In this document: piece after piece, positions 1-9,862 of the stretch
How positions within the stretch are numbered: the first letter of the stretch is position 1
Layout of the letters: each line of letters starts with the position of its first letter
Source of the DNA: Candidatus Poribacteria bacterium
Lineage (GTDB): Bacteria; Poribacteria; WGA-4E; PCPOR2b
Reading direction: 5' to 3'
Length of the DNA stretch: 64,000 bases
NCBI GenBank assembly: GCA_965116925.1
Contig: OZ220744.1
Location: 1,216,001 to 1,280,000 of the forward strand
Notes under the pieces: generated by a model
Told to the model about the DNA's origin: nothing
The model's input: the letters and a program-made list of their open reading frames with translations, nothing else
The model's database searches: none
Position numbers and translations under genes: made by a program

Positions 1-569
1 GCGATAACCCACTCCGGGTCAGAATCCGCATAGTAGCAGATCGCGTCGATGAGATGGGTGCCGTTACGGAAGAGCATAGCACGACCCCCATTCAGCGTAC
101 CGATGATATACTTTACCTCCCCGATCTCACCGGCTCCAACAATCTCCTCTTTCGTATGCCGCCATAGGGGTTGCCATCGTCGAGTGTGATCGATAGACAG
201 GATTGTGCCGTTACGTTCAACCGCTTCGAGCATACGGTCGGCATCAGCGAGATTGGTCGCCATCGGTTTCTCACAGAAAATCCCCTTCGCGCCAGCATTC
301 GCTGCATTGACCACCAGATCAGCGTGCCGGTGATCAGAGGTCGCCACCGTTACGATGTCTAAGTTCTCCTTTGCCAACATCTCTTGGTGATCCGTATAGA
401 GGGCAATATCGGACCAATGGTCTTGCCACTGCTCCTTGAAATCTGCGAGTGTAGTCTCTAATATATCACATGCGGCAACCAGTTCAGCATTGGGCAGCCC
501 TACCAAGCCAGAGGTATGTCTGACACCAATGCCTCTACATCCAATTACACCAACTCGATATTTTGCCAT
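1..569 (-). CDS. Gfo/Idh/MocA family oxidoreductase (runs off the window edge)
   Basis: Translated by hand from the ATG at 569: MAKYRVGVIGCRGIG (Rossmann fold) ... IFCEKPMA ... NGTHLID. Not in the ORF track because it is truncated. Confidence 0.9.
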   Translation of the reverse strand, partial: MAKYRVGVIGCRGIGVRHTSGLVGLPNAELVAACDILETTLADFKEQWQDHWSDIALYTDHQEMLAKENLDIVTVATSDHRHADLVVNAANAGAKGIFCEKPMATNLADADRMLEAVERNGTILSIDHTRRWQPLWRHTKEEIVGAGEIGEVKYIIGTLNGGRAMLFRNGTHLIDAICYYADSDPEWVI

Positions 570-637
570 AATAGCTTCTCCAATCTTCTTAGGTTATACT
601 TTCATGAAGGTTCCGGTTATGTTGAATCGTTCCAATC

Positions 638-1018
638 TTACTTCCCTTCTTCCGCATCCCGTTGAAACAGCTGCAAAAGCATATCATTCGGACCTTTGAA
701 GAACGCCAGACGAATGCCACCGGCACCCGCATCAAAAGGTTCTTTCTCGATCGGCACACCTTTCTCTTTGAGATCTTGGGCACTTGCATCCACACTATCA
801 ACCCTGAAGGAGATATGGTGGAAACCTTCTTCTGCTTCCATTGATTTTTTTGGCATCAGCTCTAGGATCATATCCCCAGCTTTAAGAAAGACATAATCTT
901 CATCGTCTTCCACGGGGAATCGCTCAATCACTTCCAATCCAAGTGTTTCGGTATAAAATTTGACAGAGCCTTCAACATCATCGGTAACAAGGGCTATCTT
1001 GTGAATCTTATGGATCAT
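638..1018 (-). CDS. VOC/glyoxalase family protein
   Basis: IHKIALVTDD..SVKFY..LG, FHHISFRVD and FFKGPND motifs; AGGAG RBS upstream. Confidence 0.85.
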   Translation of the reverse strand: MIHKIHKIALVTDDVEGSVKFYTETLGLEVIERFPVEDDEDYVFLKAGDMILELMPKKSMEAEEGFHHISFRVDSVDASAQDLKEKGVPIEKEPFDAGAGGIRLAFFKGPNDMLLQLFQRDAEEGK

Positions 1019-1224
1019 GCAGGGTCTCCTTTTATGTACTGGTAGTGAATATTGCTGGGTGCTGATTTGATTTTTGTACGGTAGGTTTAAGTTAGGAAAG
1101 GCAAATAGATTTTGAGGTAGGGTATATTATTTGAAGTGTCTCACGGTTTTGTAGCAAGGCATCAAACGTAAAACGCAAGGAGCGAATCCTTTACGTTTTA
1201 CGTTCGACGCATTACTTGTGATAG

Positions 1225-2079
1225 CTAAGATGCAGCACTCTCAATCGCTCGACGGGTGTAGATCTCCGCCAAGTTTTCGCGATACGCCTGACTGGCGTGA
1301 ATGTCTTCCAACGCAGTTATTCCGTCAGCCGCTCTCGCAGCAGCGGCAGCGATGTTATCAGCGGTCAGTGCCGATCCTGTTAGCGCGGACTCGACGCCCG
1401 ACGCCCGATATGGGGCATCCGAAACGCCGGTAATACCAACCGAAACGCTCTGACAGGTATCTCCAGATTTCGTTAAGACGACAGCCACGCCGGTGAGGGC
1501 AAATCCTGATGCGACTTGGTGCAGCTTCAGGTATGTCCCCTTGGTGTTAGCATCTGGAATGGACACATGGATTGCCGTAAGGATCTCATCATCCCCGAGG
1601 TCTGTCTCGTACAGCCCTTGGAAGAAATCGGTTGCTTTGACAGTCCGCTCGCCGTTGGACCCAGCGATCTGGAGATCCGCATCCAGCGCGAGAATCGTCG
1701 CGGGCCAATCAGCAGCCGGATCGGCGTGTGCAAGACTGCCGCCAATCGTGCCTTTGTTTCGCACCTGCACATCGCCAATTTCGGCAGCGGTCTGTGCAAG
1801 CAGCGGCACCTTCTGCTGGACCAGCTCTGAACTCTCCAATTCATGATGCGTCGTCAGCGCACCGATAACCAATTTTCCGTCAGACTCAGAGATCCCTTTC
1901 AAGCCGCCAATGCGTCCAATATCGATGATGACCGCAGGCTCAGCCAAGCGTAATTTCATTGTTGGGATCAGGCTATGCCCACCAGCGAGCACCTTCGCAT
2001 CGTCTCCATGTTCCTGCAAGAGCGATAACGCTTCATCAAGTGCTGTTGGTGCAAAGTATTCAAAACTTCCCGGAATCAT
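1225..2079 (-). CDS. coxM: CoxM/CutM-like FAD subunit of a xanthine-oxidase-family molybdoenzyme
   Basis: AGGHSL and VRNKGTIGGSLAHADP motifs; clustered with the L and S subunit genes. Confidence 0.88.
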   Translation of the reverse strand: MIPGSFEYFAPTALDEALSLLQEHGDDAKVLAGGHSLIPTMKLRLAEPAVIIDIGRIGGLKGISESDGKLVIGALTTHHELESSELVQQKVPLLAQTAAEIGDVQVRNKGTIGGSLAHADPAADWPATILALDADLQIAGSNGERTVKATDFFQGLYETDLGDDEILTAIHVSIPDANTKGTYLKLHQVASGFALTGVAVVLTKSGDTCQSVSVGITGVSDAPYRASGVESALTGSALTADNIAAAAARAADGITALEDIHASQAYRENLAEIYTRRAIESAAS

Positions 2080-2117
2080 TCGTTATTTCCTCCTTCCTTC
2101 ACTTGAGCATAACTTTC

Positions 2118-2162
2118 CATCCCCCTTTTTCCCTCCGTCAGCGGGGGGACAGAGGGGGGACA
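2118..2162. repeat. C-rich/G-rich imperfect palindrome (REP-like) between coxL and coxM
   Basis: tcccccttttccctccg...gcggggggacagagggggga; a similar motif lies at about 7705-7757. Confidence 0.5.
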
Positions 2163-2172
2163 GAAAATTATA

Positions 2173-4509
2173 TTAACCCTTCGCATCTTGGATCGCCTGC
2201 CACACACGGTTCGGCGTCAGTGGCATCTCAATATCTTTCACCCCAAACGGCGATAAGGCGTCCACAACGGCGTTGACCATACACGGTGTTGAGCCGATTG
2301 TCCCGGCTTCCCCAACCCCTTTGACTCCCATCGGATTGACAGGTGAAGGAGTCACCGTATGATCTGTCTCAAAGTGGGGCACCTGTGTCGCCTTGGGAAC
2401 GGCATAGTCCATAAACGACCCGGTCAAAAGCTGACCGCTCTCATCGTAGACTGCGCCTTCGTACAGTGCCTGCCCTAAACCTTGTGCAATACCGCCATGT
2501 ACCTGTCCTGCAACGACTAAGGGGTTGATGATATTGCCGATATCGTCAACGCATACATATCGTTGAATATCGATCTCGCCGGTATCCGCATCAACCTCGA
2601 CCACTGCGATGTGGGCACCGAATGGATAGGTGAAGTTCGACGGTTCAAAGAAATGTGTTGCTTCGAGGCCAGGCGTCGTGTCGGGCGGCAGATTCTTGGC
2701 AACGTGTGCTTCGAGGGCAATCGCCGCGAAATCAATCGATTGATCCGGTGAACCCTCAACGAAAATCTGTCCGTCTCCAAAGACGAGATCATCGGGGTTC
2801 GCTTCCATCAGATGCGCTGCGAACGTTGCCATCTTCTCTTTCACCTGACCGGCAGCGATAACCATCGCGGTTCCACCGACAGCCGTCGCTCGACTACCAA
2901 ATGTGCCGATACCGTAAGGCTGCCTTCCAGTATCGCCATGGATAACTACAACATCGTCAATATCCACGCCAAACTCATCAGCAATCATCTGAGCGAAGGT
3001 GGTTTCTTGACCCTGACCGTGTGGTGAAACACCAGTCAACACCGTAATCTTTCCAGTCGGTTCGACCCGAACGGTGCTACTTTCCCAACCACCGGCGGGC
3101 ATCGCTATAGACGGTCCCATACCACAAATCTCAGCGTAGGTGGAGATACCAATTCCCATGTATCTGCCCTGCTCACGGAGCGCTGCCTGCTGCGCTCGCA
3201 AACCATCATAGTCAACAATTCCCAATGCCTTGTTAAAGCTTTCTTGGTAGTTGCCACTGTCGTAGATAATTCCGGTTGGGATTTCAAGTGGGAATTCCGT
3301 TGGCTGCGGGAAGTTTTTGAACCGAATATCTTTCGCATCCATTCCTACCGCCGACGCTGCCAGATCAACCATCCGCTCAATGATGTAGGTCGCTTCGGGA
3401 CGCCCCGCACCACGGTACGCATCCGTCGCCATCTTGTTCGTTAAAACGCCAATCAGTTCAATCTGGACATTCGGAATCTTGTAACAACCGACAATCATAA
3501 GATTTGTCAACGTGGGAATAAGCGGGGTGAGTAACTGATAGGAAGCTCCAAGATCGGCAAGAATCTTCGCACGAATCCCAGTGATTGTCCCATCATTGTT
3601 GACTGCGACATCCACATAGTTGACTTGGTCTCTACCATGGATTGTCGTCGTGAAGTTCTCAGTCCGCTTCTCCGTCCATTTCACCGGTTTGCGTAACTGT
3701 ATCGCCAAATATGAAACAACGACCTCTTCAGGGTAAACATTCAGTTTACTGCCGAAGCCTCCGCCAACTTCCGGGGCGATAACGCGCACTTTCTGTTCCG
3801 GCACGTTGACAATCAGAGACAACTGAGTTTTAAGGATGTGTGGAACCTGCGTTGATGACCAGACGGTGAGGGTGCCTTCGCCCGGTAGATATTCCGCTAA
3901 CACACCGCGCGTTTCCATCGCATTCGGAACTAAACGCTGATTGACGAAACGTTGGGATACGACATGATCTGCTGCTGCAAAAGCTGCATCGGCATCCCCT
4001 GCCTCTAGTGGCATTGCAAAACCGATATTGTCGCCGAAGTCATCGTAAATCAGCGGTGAATCTGCCTCGACCGCCTTATCAAGATCGGTAACAGCGGGCA
4101 GTTCTTCGTAATCAACTTCAATCAGGTCCAGTGCATCTCTGGCAATATACGCATCCGTTGCCACAACCGCAGCAACTGGCTCCCCAACGAATCGTACACG
4201 TCCCACCGCAAGTGCGGGGTGATCTGGAACCTTGAGGTCTGGAATCTCAGCGCCACAAGGGATGCCCCCAACGTCCCCTAAGTCTTCAGCGGTAATCACC
4301 GTGACGACGCCGGGCAATTCTTTTGCTGCTGATGTGTCGATGCTGTTAATAGCTGCGTGTGCGTAGTCGCTGCGCAGGAATGCGCAGTGAAGCGTGCCCA
4401 CCAGTTTAATGTCGTCGACATAATGGGATAACCCTTGGATTAGCCGCGGATCCTCGCGCCGCTTAATCGGGGCACCTATCATCCGAGTCGGTGCTGCTAT
4501 TGTCGCCAT
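2173..4509 (-). CDS. coxL: Form II CoxL-like molybdopterin-binding large subunit
   Basis: GGGFGSK, AYRGAGR (form II active-site motif), GQGQET, KGVGEAG. Confidence 0.88.
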   Translation of the reverse strand: MATIAAPTRMIGAPIKRREDPRLIQGLSHYVDDIKLVGTLHCAFLRSDYAHAAINSIDTSAAKELPGVVTVITAEDLGDVGGIPCGAEIPDLKVPDHPALAVGRVRFVGEPVAAVVATDAYIARDALDLIEVDYEELPAVTDLDKAVEADSPLIYDDFGDNIGFAMPLEAGDADAAFAAADHVVSQRFVNQRLVPNAMETRGVLAEYLPGEGTLTVWSSTQVPHILKTQLSLIVNVPEQKVRVIAPEVGGGFGSKLNVYPEEVVVSYLAIQLRKPVKWTEKRTENFTTTIHGRDQVNYVDVAVNNDGTITGIRAKILADLGASYQLLTPLIPTLTNLMIVGCYKIPNVQIELIGVLTNKMATDAYRGAGRPEATYIIERMVDLAASAVGMDAKDIRFKNFPQPTEFPLEIPTGIIYDSGNYQESFNKALGIVDYDGLRAQQAALREQGRYMGIGISTYAEICGMGPSIAMPAGGWESSTVRVEPTGKITVLTGVSPHGQGQETTFAQMIADEFGVDIDDVVVIHGDTGRQPYGIGTFGSRATAVGGTAMVIAAGQVKEKMATFAAHLMEANPDDLVFGDGQIFVEGSPDQSIDFAAIALEAHVAKNLPPDTTPGLEATHFFEPSNFTYPFGAHIAVVEVDADTGEIDIQRYVCVDDIGNIINPLVVAGQVHGGIAQGLGQALYEGAVYDESGQLLTGSFMDYAVPKATQVPHFETDHTVTPSPVNPMGVKGVGEAGTIGSTPCMVNAVVDALSPFGVKDIEMPLTPNRVWQAIQDAKG

Positions 4510-4547
4510 AGTATAAGTCCTCCTATTTGCGTCCTGTCTCTCGCTTG

Positions 4548-5021
4548 TTAGCCCTGCATCTGCTCCGCAGCGTGTTGAACCGCCTCAACGATATGCTGAT
4601 AGCCAGTGCAGCGGCAGAGATTTCCTTCCAACCCGTGCCGAATCTCGTCTTCTGTTGGGTTGGAATTCCGCGAGAGCAACTGATGGGCAGCCATAATCAT
4701 ACCGGGTGTGCAGAAACCACACTGCAAACCGTGACGTTCCCAGAAACCCTCTTGGATGGGATGGAGATCTCCATTTTGCGCCAAGCCTTCGATGGTTGTT
4801 ATTTCCGCGCCATCCGCCTGAACTGCTAACATCGTACAAGATTTGACTGCTTGTCCGTTGACTGAGACCGTACAAGCACCACACAGGCTCGTTTCACAAC
4901 CAACGTGTGAACCGGTCAAACCAACGACATCTCGGATGTAGTGAACTAAAAGCAGCCGTGGTTCAACTTCGTGTGTGTGCGCCTCTCCATTGATTGTTGT
5001 ATGAATGACTTTCTTAGACAA
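4548..5021 (-). CDS. coxS: CoxS-like 2x[2Fe-2S] small subunit
   Basis: [18 protein letters not shown] and GNLCRCTGY cysteine motifs. Confidence 0.9.
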   Translation of the reverse strand: MSKKVIHTTINGEAHTHEVEPRLLLVHYIRDVVGLTGSHVGCETSLCGACTVSVNGQAVKSCTMLAVQADGAEITTIEGLAQNGDLHPIQEGFWERHGLQCGFCTPGMIMAAHQLLSRNSNPTEDEIRHGLEGNLCRCTGYQHIVEAVQHAAEQMQG

Positions 5022-5318
5022 GGGTATTGCCTCCTTTTAGACAGCTCGCCCCTGATGGGACGGACGAAAATCTTACTTTCCTCTTTGAATTAAGCGGCAT
5101 TATATCAGAATCGGTTTTTTACTGCAACAAAAAAAGGGAAGATTCTTGTACTAGGAAACCGACGGGAAAACCAACCTTGTTTGGAGGTTTTTTCTTAGGT
5201 TTTCTACTGTTTGCAAAAAAGTAACAAAATGATAAAATAAACCTGATTTTTTTATACGGATTGTCTTAGCGAATTGGGATTATTATAGTGAAACCTATCA
5301 AACGAAAAAGAGGTTGAT

Positions 5319-7601
5319 ATGGAAGAACTAGGATCACTTATCAGTCGGGCGCAATCCGGAGATCTGGACGCCTACGGTAGCATTGTTGAACAGTTCCAAG
5401 ACATGGCAGTGGGTTACGCCTACTCCATCTTAGGGGATTTCCATCTGGCTGAGGATGCCGTGCAAGAGGCGTTCATCGAAGCGTATCCGATTCTTTCAAG
5501 GGTCTACGGTCCCGTTGCTTTCCCGGGCTGGTTTCGGAGGATTATTGTCAAGCACTGCGATCGGTTGACACGCGGGAAGCGCGACGAACTTATGTCCCTA
5601 GAAACAATGGTTGAGATACCTTCGGGTAGAAGAGATCCAGCGGAGGAGCTTGAAGAACAGGAGACAAAATCCCTCGTGTTAGCCGCAGTTGACGCATTAC
5701 CGGAACACCAACGTCAGACCACAACGCTCTTCTATATCAGCGGTTTTTCACAAAAACAGATTGCGGACTTCCTAGAAGTGCCGGTGACAACCGTCGATAA
5801 CCGTCTCCGCGCCTCAAGGAAAAAGCTAAAAGCAACCTTACATTCTGAAAGGATGATTACCATGTTGAAAGATACACTGGGTGAAAACGCACCATCACGC
5901 GACGATTCGTTTGTCAATGCAGTTGGCATCTGCAATGCAGCGCAGGCGGGAGATCTGCAGCGGGTACAGGAGATTCTCGCTGTTAAGCCGGAGTTGGCAA
6001 CCCGAGATATTGCTTCAAATAATGAACATCAACCCATCCATCTTGCAGCGGAGGAAGGTCATGCCGAAATCGTGCACGTACTACTAGAAGCAGGAGCAGA
6101 CCCACTCAATGGGATATATCCTCACCGAGAAGCCACCAGTGCGCTGACAATGGCGAAAGACCGTGGACACACCTCCGTCGTTGAGGTCATTGAGACATGG
6201 CTCAACGAACAACGGGGGACGACGCCGAAAGGTGAAACCTTAACCCGTGCTGCATCGGACGGTGATATTGAGGGGGTCCGCTCACTGCTCAATGAGGATG
6301 GGGGACTTATCAATGCCACCGATCGAGGTGGAGAAACTGCGCTTTTCAAAGCGATTGATCGAGGCGATTTGTTGCTTGTCCTTGAGTTGCTAGATCGAGG
6401 TGCCGATGTTGATCATCGTGCCGCCGACGGAAGTCGTCCGATCCACCACTGCCTTGCACACAGTTGGAAGGTGCCAGACGAGATGTACAAAACCTACGCC
6501 ATCCTCGCGGGTGCCTTGCTTGCACGCGGTGCAGCCTATGATCTCTGGGTTGCCTGCGGCGTTGGCGATGCCGAAGGTGCGAAGCGGTTCATTGACGCTT
6601 GTGAGGATAAGACCCAGTTGTGCAAAAGCAGCGAACCGTTTTGGGGAGATAATGACAATCCGTTGGTCGTCGCTTGTTTTCAAGGACATACAGAAATTGT
6701 TCGATTGTTAATTGATGCCGGGGCGAATCCCGATTCGCCGTTTGAAATCGATGTTGCCGGTGAGCAGGTAAAACAGTGGGGACATCCGCTCTGGCTAGCA
6801 GCGAATCGTGGGCATTATAATGTTGTCAAGTTGCTTCTTGAGCGTGGAGCGAACCCAAACACAGCAGTCTATGCTTCCGGTAACGCTGTGTGCTGGGCTT
6901 ATCAATACGGACACAAGCGCATTGCGGATCTGATGTTCCAACACGGCGCTGTCGCCGATCTGTTGAGTTACTGTCTGACACATAATCTCCCTGCTATCGC
7001 GGAGATCTTGCAGCGGGATGCTTCAGAGCGCAAAGAATTACTGTGGAGCGCGATTCTAGCGGGTAATATCGATGTAGTCGAGATGGGACTGCGCGATAAC
7101 CCACAGTATGATGACGCAAAGTGGTTTAATCTATTGGAACAAACGGTACGAGGCTGGCGGTTAGGAGATCTGAAAATCAACAACGAGGGATTTGACCGGC
7201 GCAACTACATCACCAATCTGGGTAAATTGCTTGAGTATGGGGTAAATCCGAACCTCAGAAATCCACGCGATGAACGGTTCAATTTCACAATTCTGCATCA
7301 CTTGGCTGGCAGGAGTTGTAATTCTAGAACTTATGGACATACAGCGGAAGAGGTCGTTGAGTTTGCTCGTATGTTGCTCAAACACGGTGCTGACATCAAT
7401 GCGATGGAAGACAAGCTAAAATCAACCCCACTCGGTTGGGCTGCGCGATTTGGTCAGAAAAAATTAGCAGAATTTCTGCTTGACAACGGCGCAGACCCAA
7501 ATCTGGCGGGGGCACCGTGGGCGACCCCGCTCGCCTGGGCGGAGAAAAAGGGACATTCGGAAATCGCTGAAATCCTCCGAGAACACGGTGCAGCAGGGTA
7601 G
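5319..7601 (+). CDS. ECF-type sigma-70 factor fused to a long ankyrin-repeat domain
   Basis: Sigma2 (AEDAVQEAF, FPGWF) and sigma4 (SQKQIADFLEVPVTTVDNRL) regions, followed by multiple ankyrin repeats (PIHLAA, TALFKA, PLWLAA, TPLGWAA, TPLAWA). Confidence 0.88.
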   Translation: MEELGSLISRAQSGDLDAYGSIVEQFQDMAVGYAYSILGDFHLAEDAVQEAFIEAYPILSRVYGPVAFPGWFRRIIVKHCDRLTRGKRDELMSLETMVEIPSGRRDPAEELEEQETKSLVLAAVDALPEHQRQTTTLFYISGFSQKQIADFLEVPVTTVDNRLRASRKKLKATLHSERMITMLKDTLGENAPSRDDSFVNAVGICNAAQAGDLQRVQEILAVKPELATRDIASNNEHQPIHLAAEEGHAEIVHVLLEAGADPLNGIYPHREATSALTMAKDRGHTSVVEVIETWLNEQRGTTPKGETLTRAASDGDIEGVRSLLNEDGGLINATDRGGETALFKAIDRGDLLLVLELLDRGADVDHRAADGSRPIHHCLAHSWKVPDEMYKTYAILAGALLARGAAYDLWVACGVGDAEGAKRFIDACEDKTQLCKSSEPFWGDNDNPLVVACFQGHTEIVRLLIDAGANPDSPFEIDVAGEQVKQWGHPLWLAANRGHYNVVKLLLERGANPNTAVYASGNAVCWAYQYGHKRIADLMFQHGAVADLLSYCLTHNLPAIAEILQRDASERKELLWSAILAGNIDVVEMGLRDNPQYDDAKWFNLLEQTVRGWRLGDLKINNEGFDRRNYITNLGKLLEYGVNPNLRNPRDERFNFTILHHLAGRSCNSRTYGHTAEEVVEFARMLLKHGADINAMEDKLKSTPLGWAARFGQKKLAEFLLDNGADPNLAGAPWATPLAWAEKKGHSEIAEILREHGAAG

Positions 7602-7622
7602 CACACTCTCAATCTTGGGATA

Positions 7623-7803
7623 TATAGTAAACACGAGAAATAAGGATACATTTACCAATAACTCCGGACTGCGCGAAGTTCCAAAAGTCCCCCTGACAAC
7701 GGTTTCCCCCCTGATAAGGGGGGCTAGGGGGGTTAGGGAGTTGGGGGATTTAGGGGGTTGGCTGTGTATTAAGAATGTCTCATTAATTCTAACATCTACT
7801 ATA
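7623..7803. mobile_element. MITE family A (TA-bounded, IS630-like ends), divergent copy
   Basis: Ends tatagtaaacac... and ...gtctcattaattctaacatctactata match the other family A copies; contains a G/C-rich palindrome. Confidence 0.6.
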
Positions 7804-7810
7804 AAATACG

Positions 7811-7840
7811 AAAGCCGACCTATCATGGGTCGGCTTTTTT
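7811..7840 (+). terminator. Intrinsic terminator
   Basis: aaagccgacc-tatcatg-ggtcggcttt hairpin followed by a T tract. Confidence 0.7.
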
Positions 7841-7929
7841 CTTAGTTATCAGTTTCTTGGAGACGGGTGTAACTTCAATGGGCCGGACTTCACCAGAACA
7901 AACCAAAAACAAAAAATCTCGTCTCAGTG

Positions 7930-7994
7930 CAAAAAAAATGCTAAAAAAATCTCGGAACTGTGTCTTAATAAGTGCAAGGGAGGAATCGAGAGCC
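7930..7994 (+). promoter_or_regulatory. Conserved leader of the ECF paralogues (putative autoregulated ECF promoter plus RBS)
   Basis: TGCTAAAA-N~14-(t/c)GT(c/t)..AATAA..TG.AAGGGAGGA..GAGCC-ATG is repeated at about 9800-9862 and 11422-11485. Confidence 0.5.
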
Positions 7995-9416
7995 ATGGCT
8001 AAGGACAACACCCTCATCTATCGCGCCCAAACTGGGGATGAAGAGGCTTTTGCTGCCCTGATGCGGGAGCATTACCCTTTCGTCTATGCAATTGTTATAA
8101 GAATCGTGAAAAATTCCCATGACGCCGAAGAAGTGGTGCAAGACAGCTTCCTCAACGCCTATCGGGGGTTGGCACAGCTTGAGGATGCGACCAAATTCAA
8201 AAGCTGGTTGGGGGAGATAGCACAAAATTGTGGGCGAAACTGGCTGAGAAAACAACGGGGCGATACCGTATCCATCGATGAAGTAAGCGAAGAAATACTT
8301 CAAACCCAAGATTCACCTGATGAGCGATTAACACGCTTGGAACAGAGAGAGTTGATTCGCCGGACGATGGAAATGCTTCCGGAGAAAGACAGGGAAATTG
8401 CCCATGCCTATTATCTGGAAGGTGCAAGCTACGATGAACTGACAAGCACGCACGGGCTATCATACAGCGCAATTGCATCTAGGCTGTCACGCGCGAAGCG
8501 GCAACTCACCGAACGATTGCAATATCTTCTGACTGGCATCTTCGTTTCCCCTGCGATGATACTAAAAAAAATCTATTCGGGAGGGCTAACTGTCATGAAA
8601 GTTGGAACGGTTCCTAAAATAACGGTGGGAGTAGCAGTGCTAATCACACTCATTTTTATCGGTTTTATCGGTGTCCGCCAGATGAATATGTCCACAGTCG
8701 AGGAGCGTGTATATTTGACGCCGTGGGAAGATGGCACTGAACGCCCACAAAACAACGCCGAAGACTTGGCTGCACAAACTGATTCGGCTCAAGATACAGG
8801 ATTCCGAGACAATCAGTCGCAAAACTCTGCCACAGAAATCGAACCGAACGAAGATTTCTTGGGTCCATCTGAAGAAACAGATACAGCGCAATTCACGACA
8901 GACGCAGAATTTGAGATAGAGGCAGATCAGGACCTCTTTACCGGGATTTCTGCATTATTAGATGACGAAGGTCGGTCTGCTGAAGACGTGATGAACGCTT
9001 ACCTAGAGGCGTATAGGAATGTGGACGCTGACGCAATGCGTTCGTTACTGACAGGATCTGCCAAAGAAGGGTTTGAAAATGGAATGATGCACCGCTGGAA
9101 TGGAAATGCGGAGTTACCACAAGATCTTGTAGATTTTGTTTATCGTTTGGTGCCAGAGGAGGACGTGGAGGTGGCGGCTGAAATTCTTCAGCAGGTGAAG
9201 GGGAACATGCTACCAAGTCTTAAACAGAGGAATGCTCAAACAGAGATTGCGAGCAGCGAGCATGTTGGTGATGAATTCCATTTTCGGATAAGAATACCAG
9301 TGCCGAAGATGCGGGAGATACCGGGAGTAGAAGTGCCGAAACTACCGGACTCAGTCACTCCAATTCGTAAGATGCGAAAAGAAAATGGGTTGTGGCGGAT
9401 TTATTATTCGCAATAG
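7995..9416 (+). CDS. ECF sigma factor with TM helix and extracytoplasmic C-terminal domain (paralogue 1)
   Basis: Sigma2/sigma4, TM VGVAVLITLIFIGFIGV, acidic linker, C-terminal domain ending RKENGLWRIY. Start moved to 7995 based on the GGGAGG RBS and paralogue alignment. Confidence 0.88.
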   Translation: MAKDNTLIYRAQTGDEEAFAALMREHYPFVYAIVIRIVKNSHDAEEVVQDSFLNAYRGLAQLEDATKFKSWLGEIAQNCGRNWLRKQRGDTVSIDEVSEEILQTQDSPDERLTRLEQRELIRRTMEMLPEKDREIAHAYYLEGASYDELTSTHGLSYSAIASRLSRAKRQLTERLQYLLTGIFVSPAMILKKIYSGGLTVMKVGTVPKITVGVAVLITLIFIGFIGVRQMNMSTVEERVYLTPWEDGTERPQNNAEDLAAQTDSAQDTGFRDNQSQNSATEIEPNEDFLGPSEETDTAQFTTDAEFEIEADQDLFTGISALLDDEGRSAEDVMNAYLEAYRNVDADAMRSLLTGSAKEGFENGMMHRWNGNAELPQDLVDFVYRLVPEEDVEVAAEILQQVKGNMLPSLKQRNAQTEIASSEHVGDEFHFRIRIPVPKMREIPGVEVPKLPDSVTPIRKMRKENGLWRIYYSQ

Positions 9417-9456
9417 TAATTCAACCAACTTTTAACTCTATTCCGCAAGACCTCAT

Positions 9457-9490
9457 AAGGCGAATGGTTCAATCCATTCGCCTTTTTTAT
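9457..9490 (+). terminator. Intrinsic terminator
   Basis: aaggcgaatgg-ttcaat-ccattcgcctt followed by a T tract. Confidence 0.75.
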
Positions 9491-9519
9491 TTATCGAGCG
9501 TGAAAAATCTGTTATCCTA

Positions 9520-9744
9520 ACGCAAGTTGCTAGTGATGTACGGCGCGGTAAAATTGATCCGTATACCCATAGATCGGGCATCTTGCTCGACTTACAAAGC
9601 CCCAGAGGGGCGATATGTGTATAGAACATAGATAAACCAACTCTCCCAAGCCCCAGAGGGGCGACATGTGTGTCGTAAATTTGGTTATTTCTGATAGGTG
9701 TCAGGCATGAAAACTCGACCTATAGGTTGTCTAGCAACTTGCGT
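9520..9744. mobile_element. MITE family C (ACGCAAGTTGCTAG terminal inverted repeats; IS982-like)
   Basis: Perfect 14-bp TIR and a 7-bp flanking duplication TATCCTA; the paralogous empty site is present at about 11357-11381. Confidence 0.85.
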
Positions 9745-9862
9745 TATCCTAAGAATCCTTTAATCCTGTAAATCCGTATTTTGACAGTTAAATCTCCCAA
9801 AAAAGTGCTAAAATAAATATCAGAACTGTGTCTTAATAAGTGTAAGGGAGGAACCGAGAGCC

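Noticed and set aside
2173..4509. Bona fide form I CO dehydrogenase
   Set aside because: The motif is AYRGAGR rather than AYxCSFR.
7857..7994. N-terminal ORF extension of ECF paralogue 1 (similar extensions at 28317 and 38867)
   Set aside because: The extensions run through leader or repeat DNA; RBS position and paralogue alignment support later starts.
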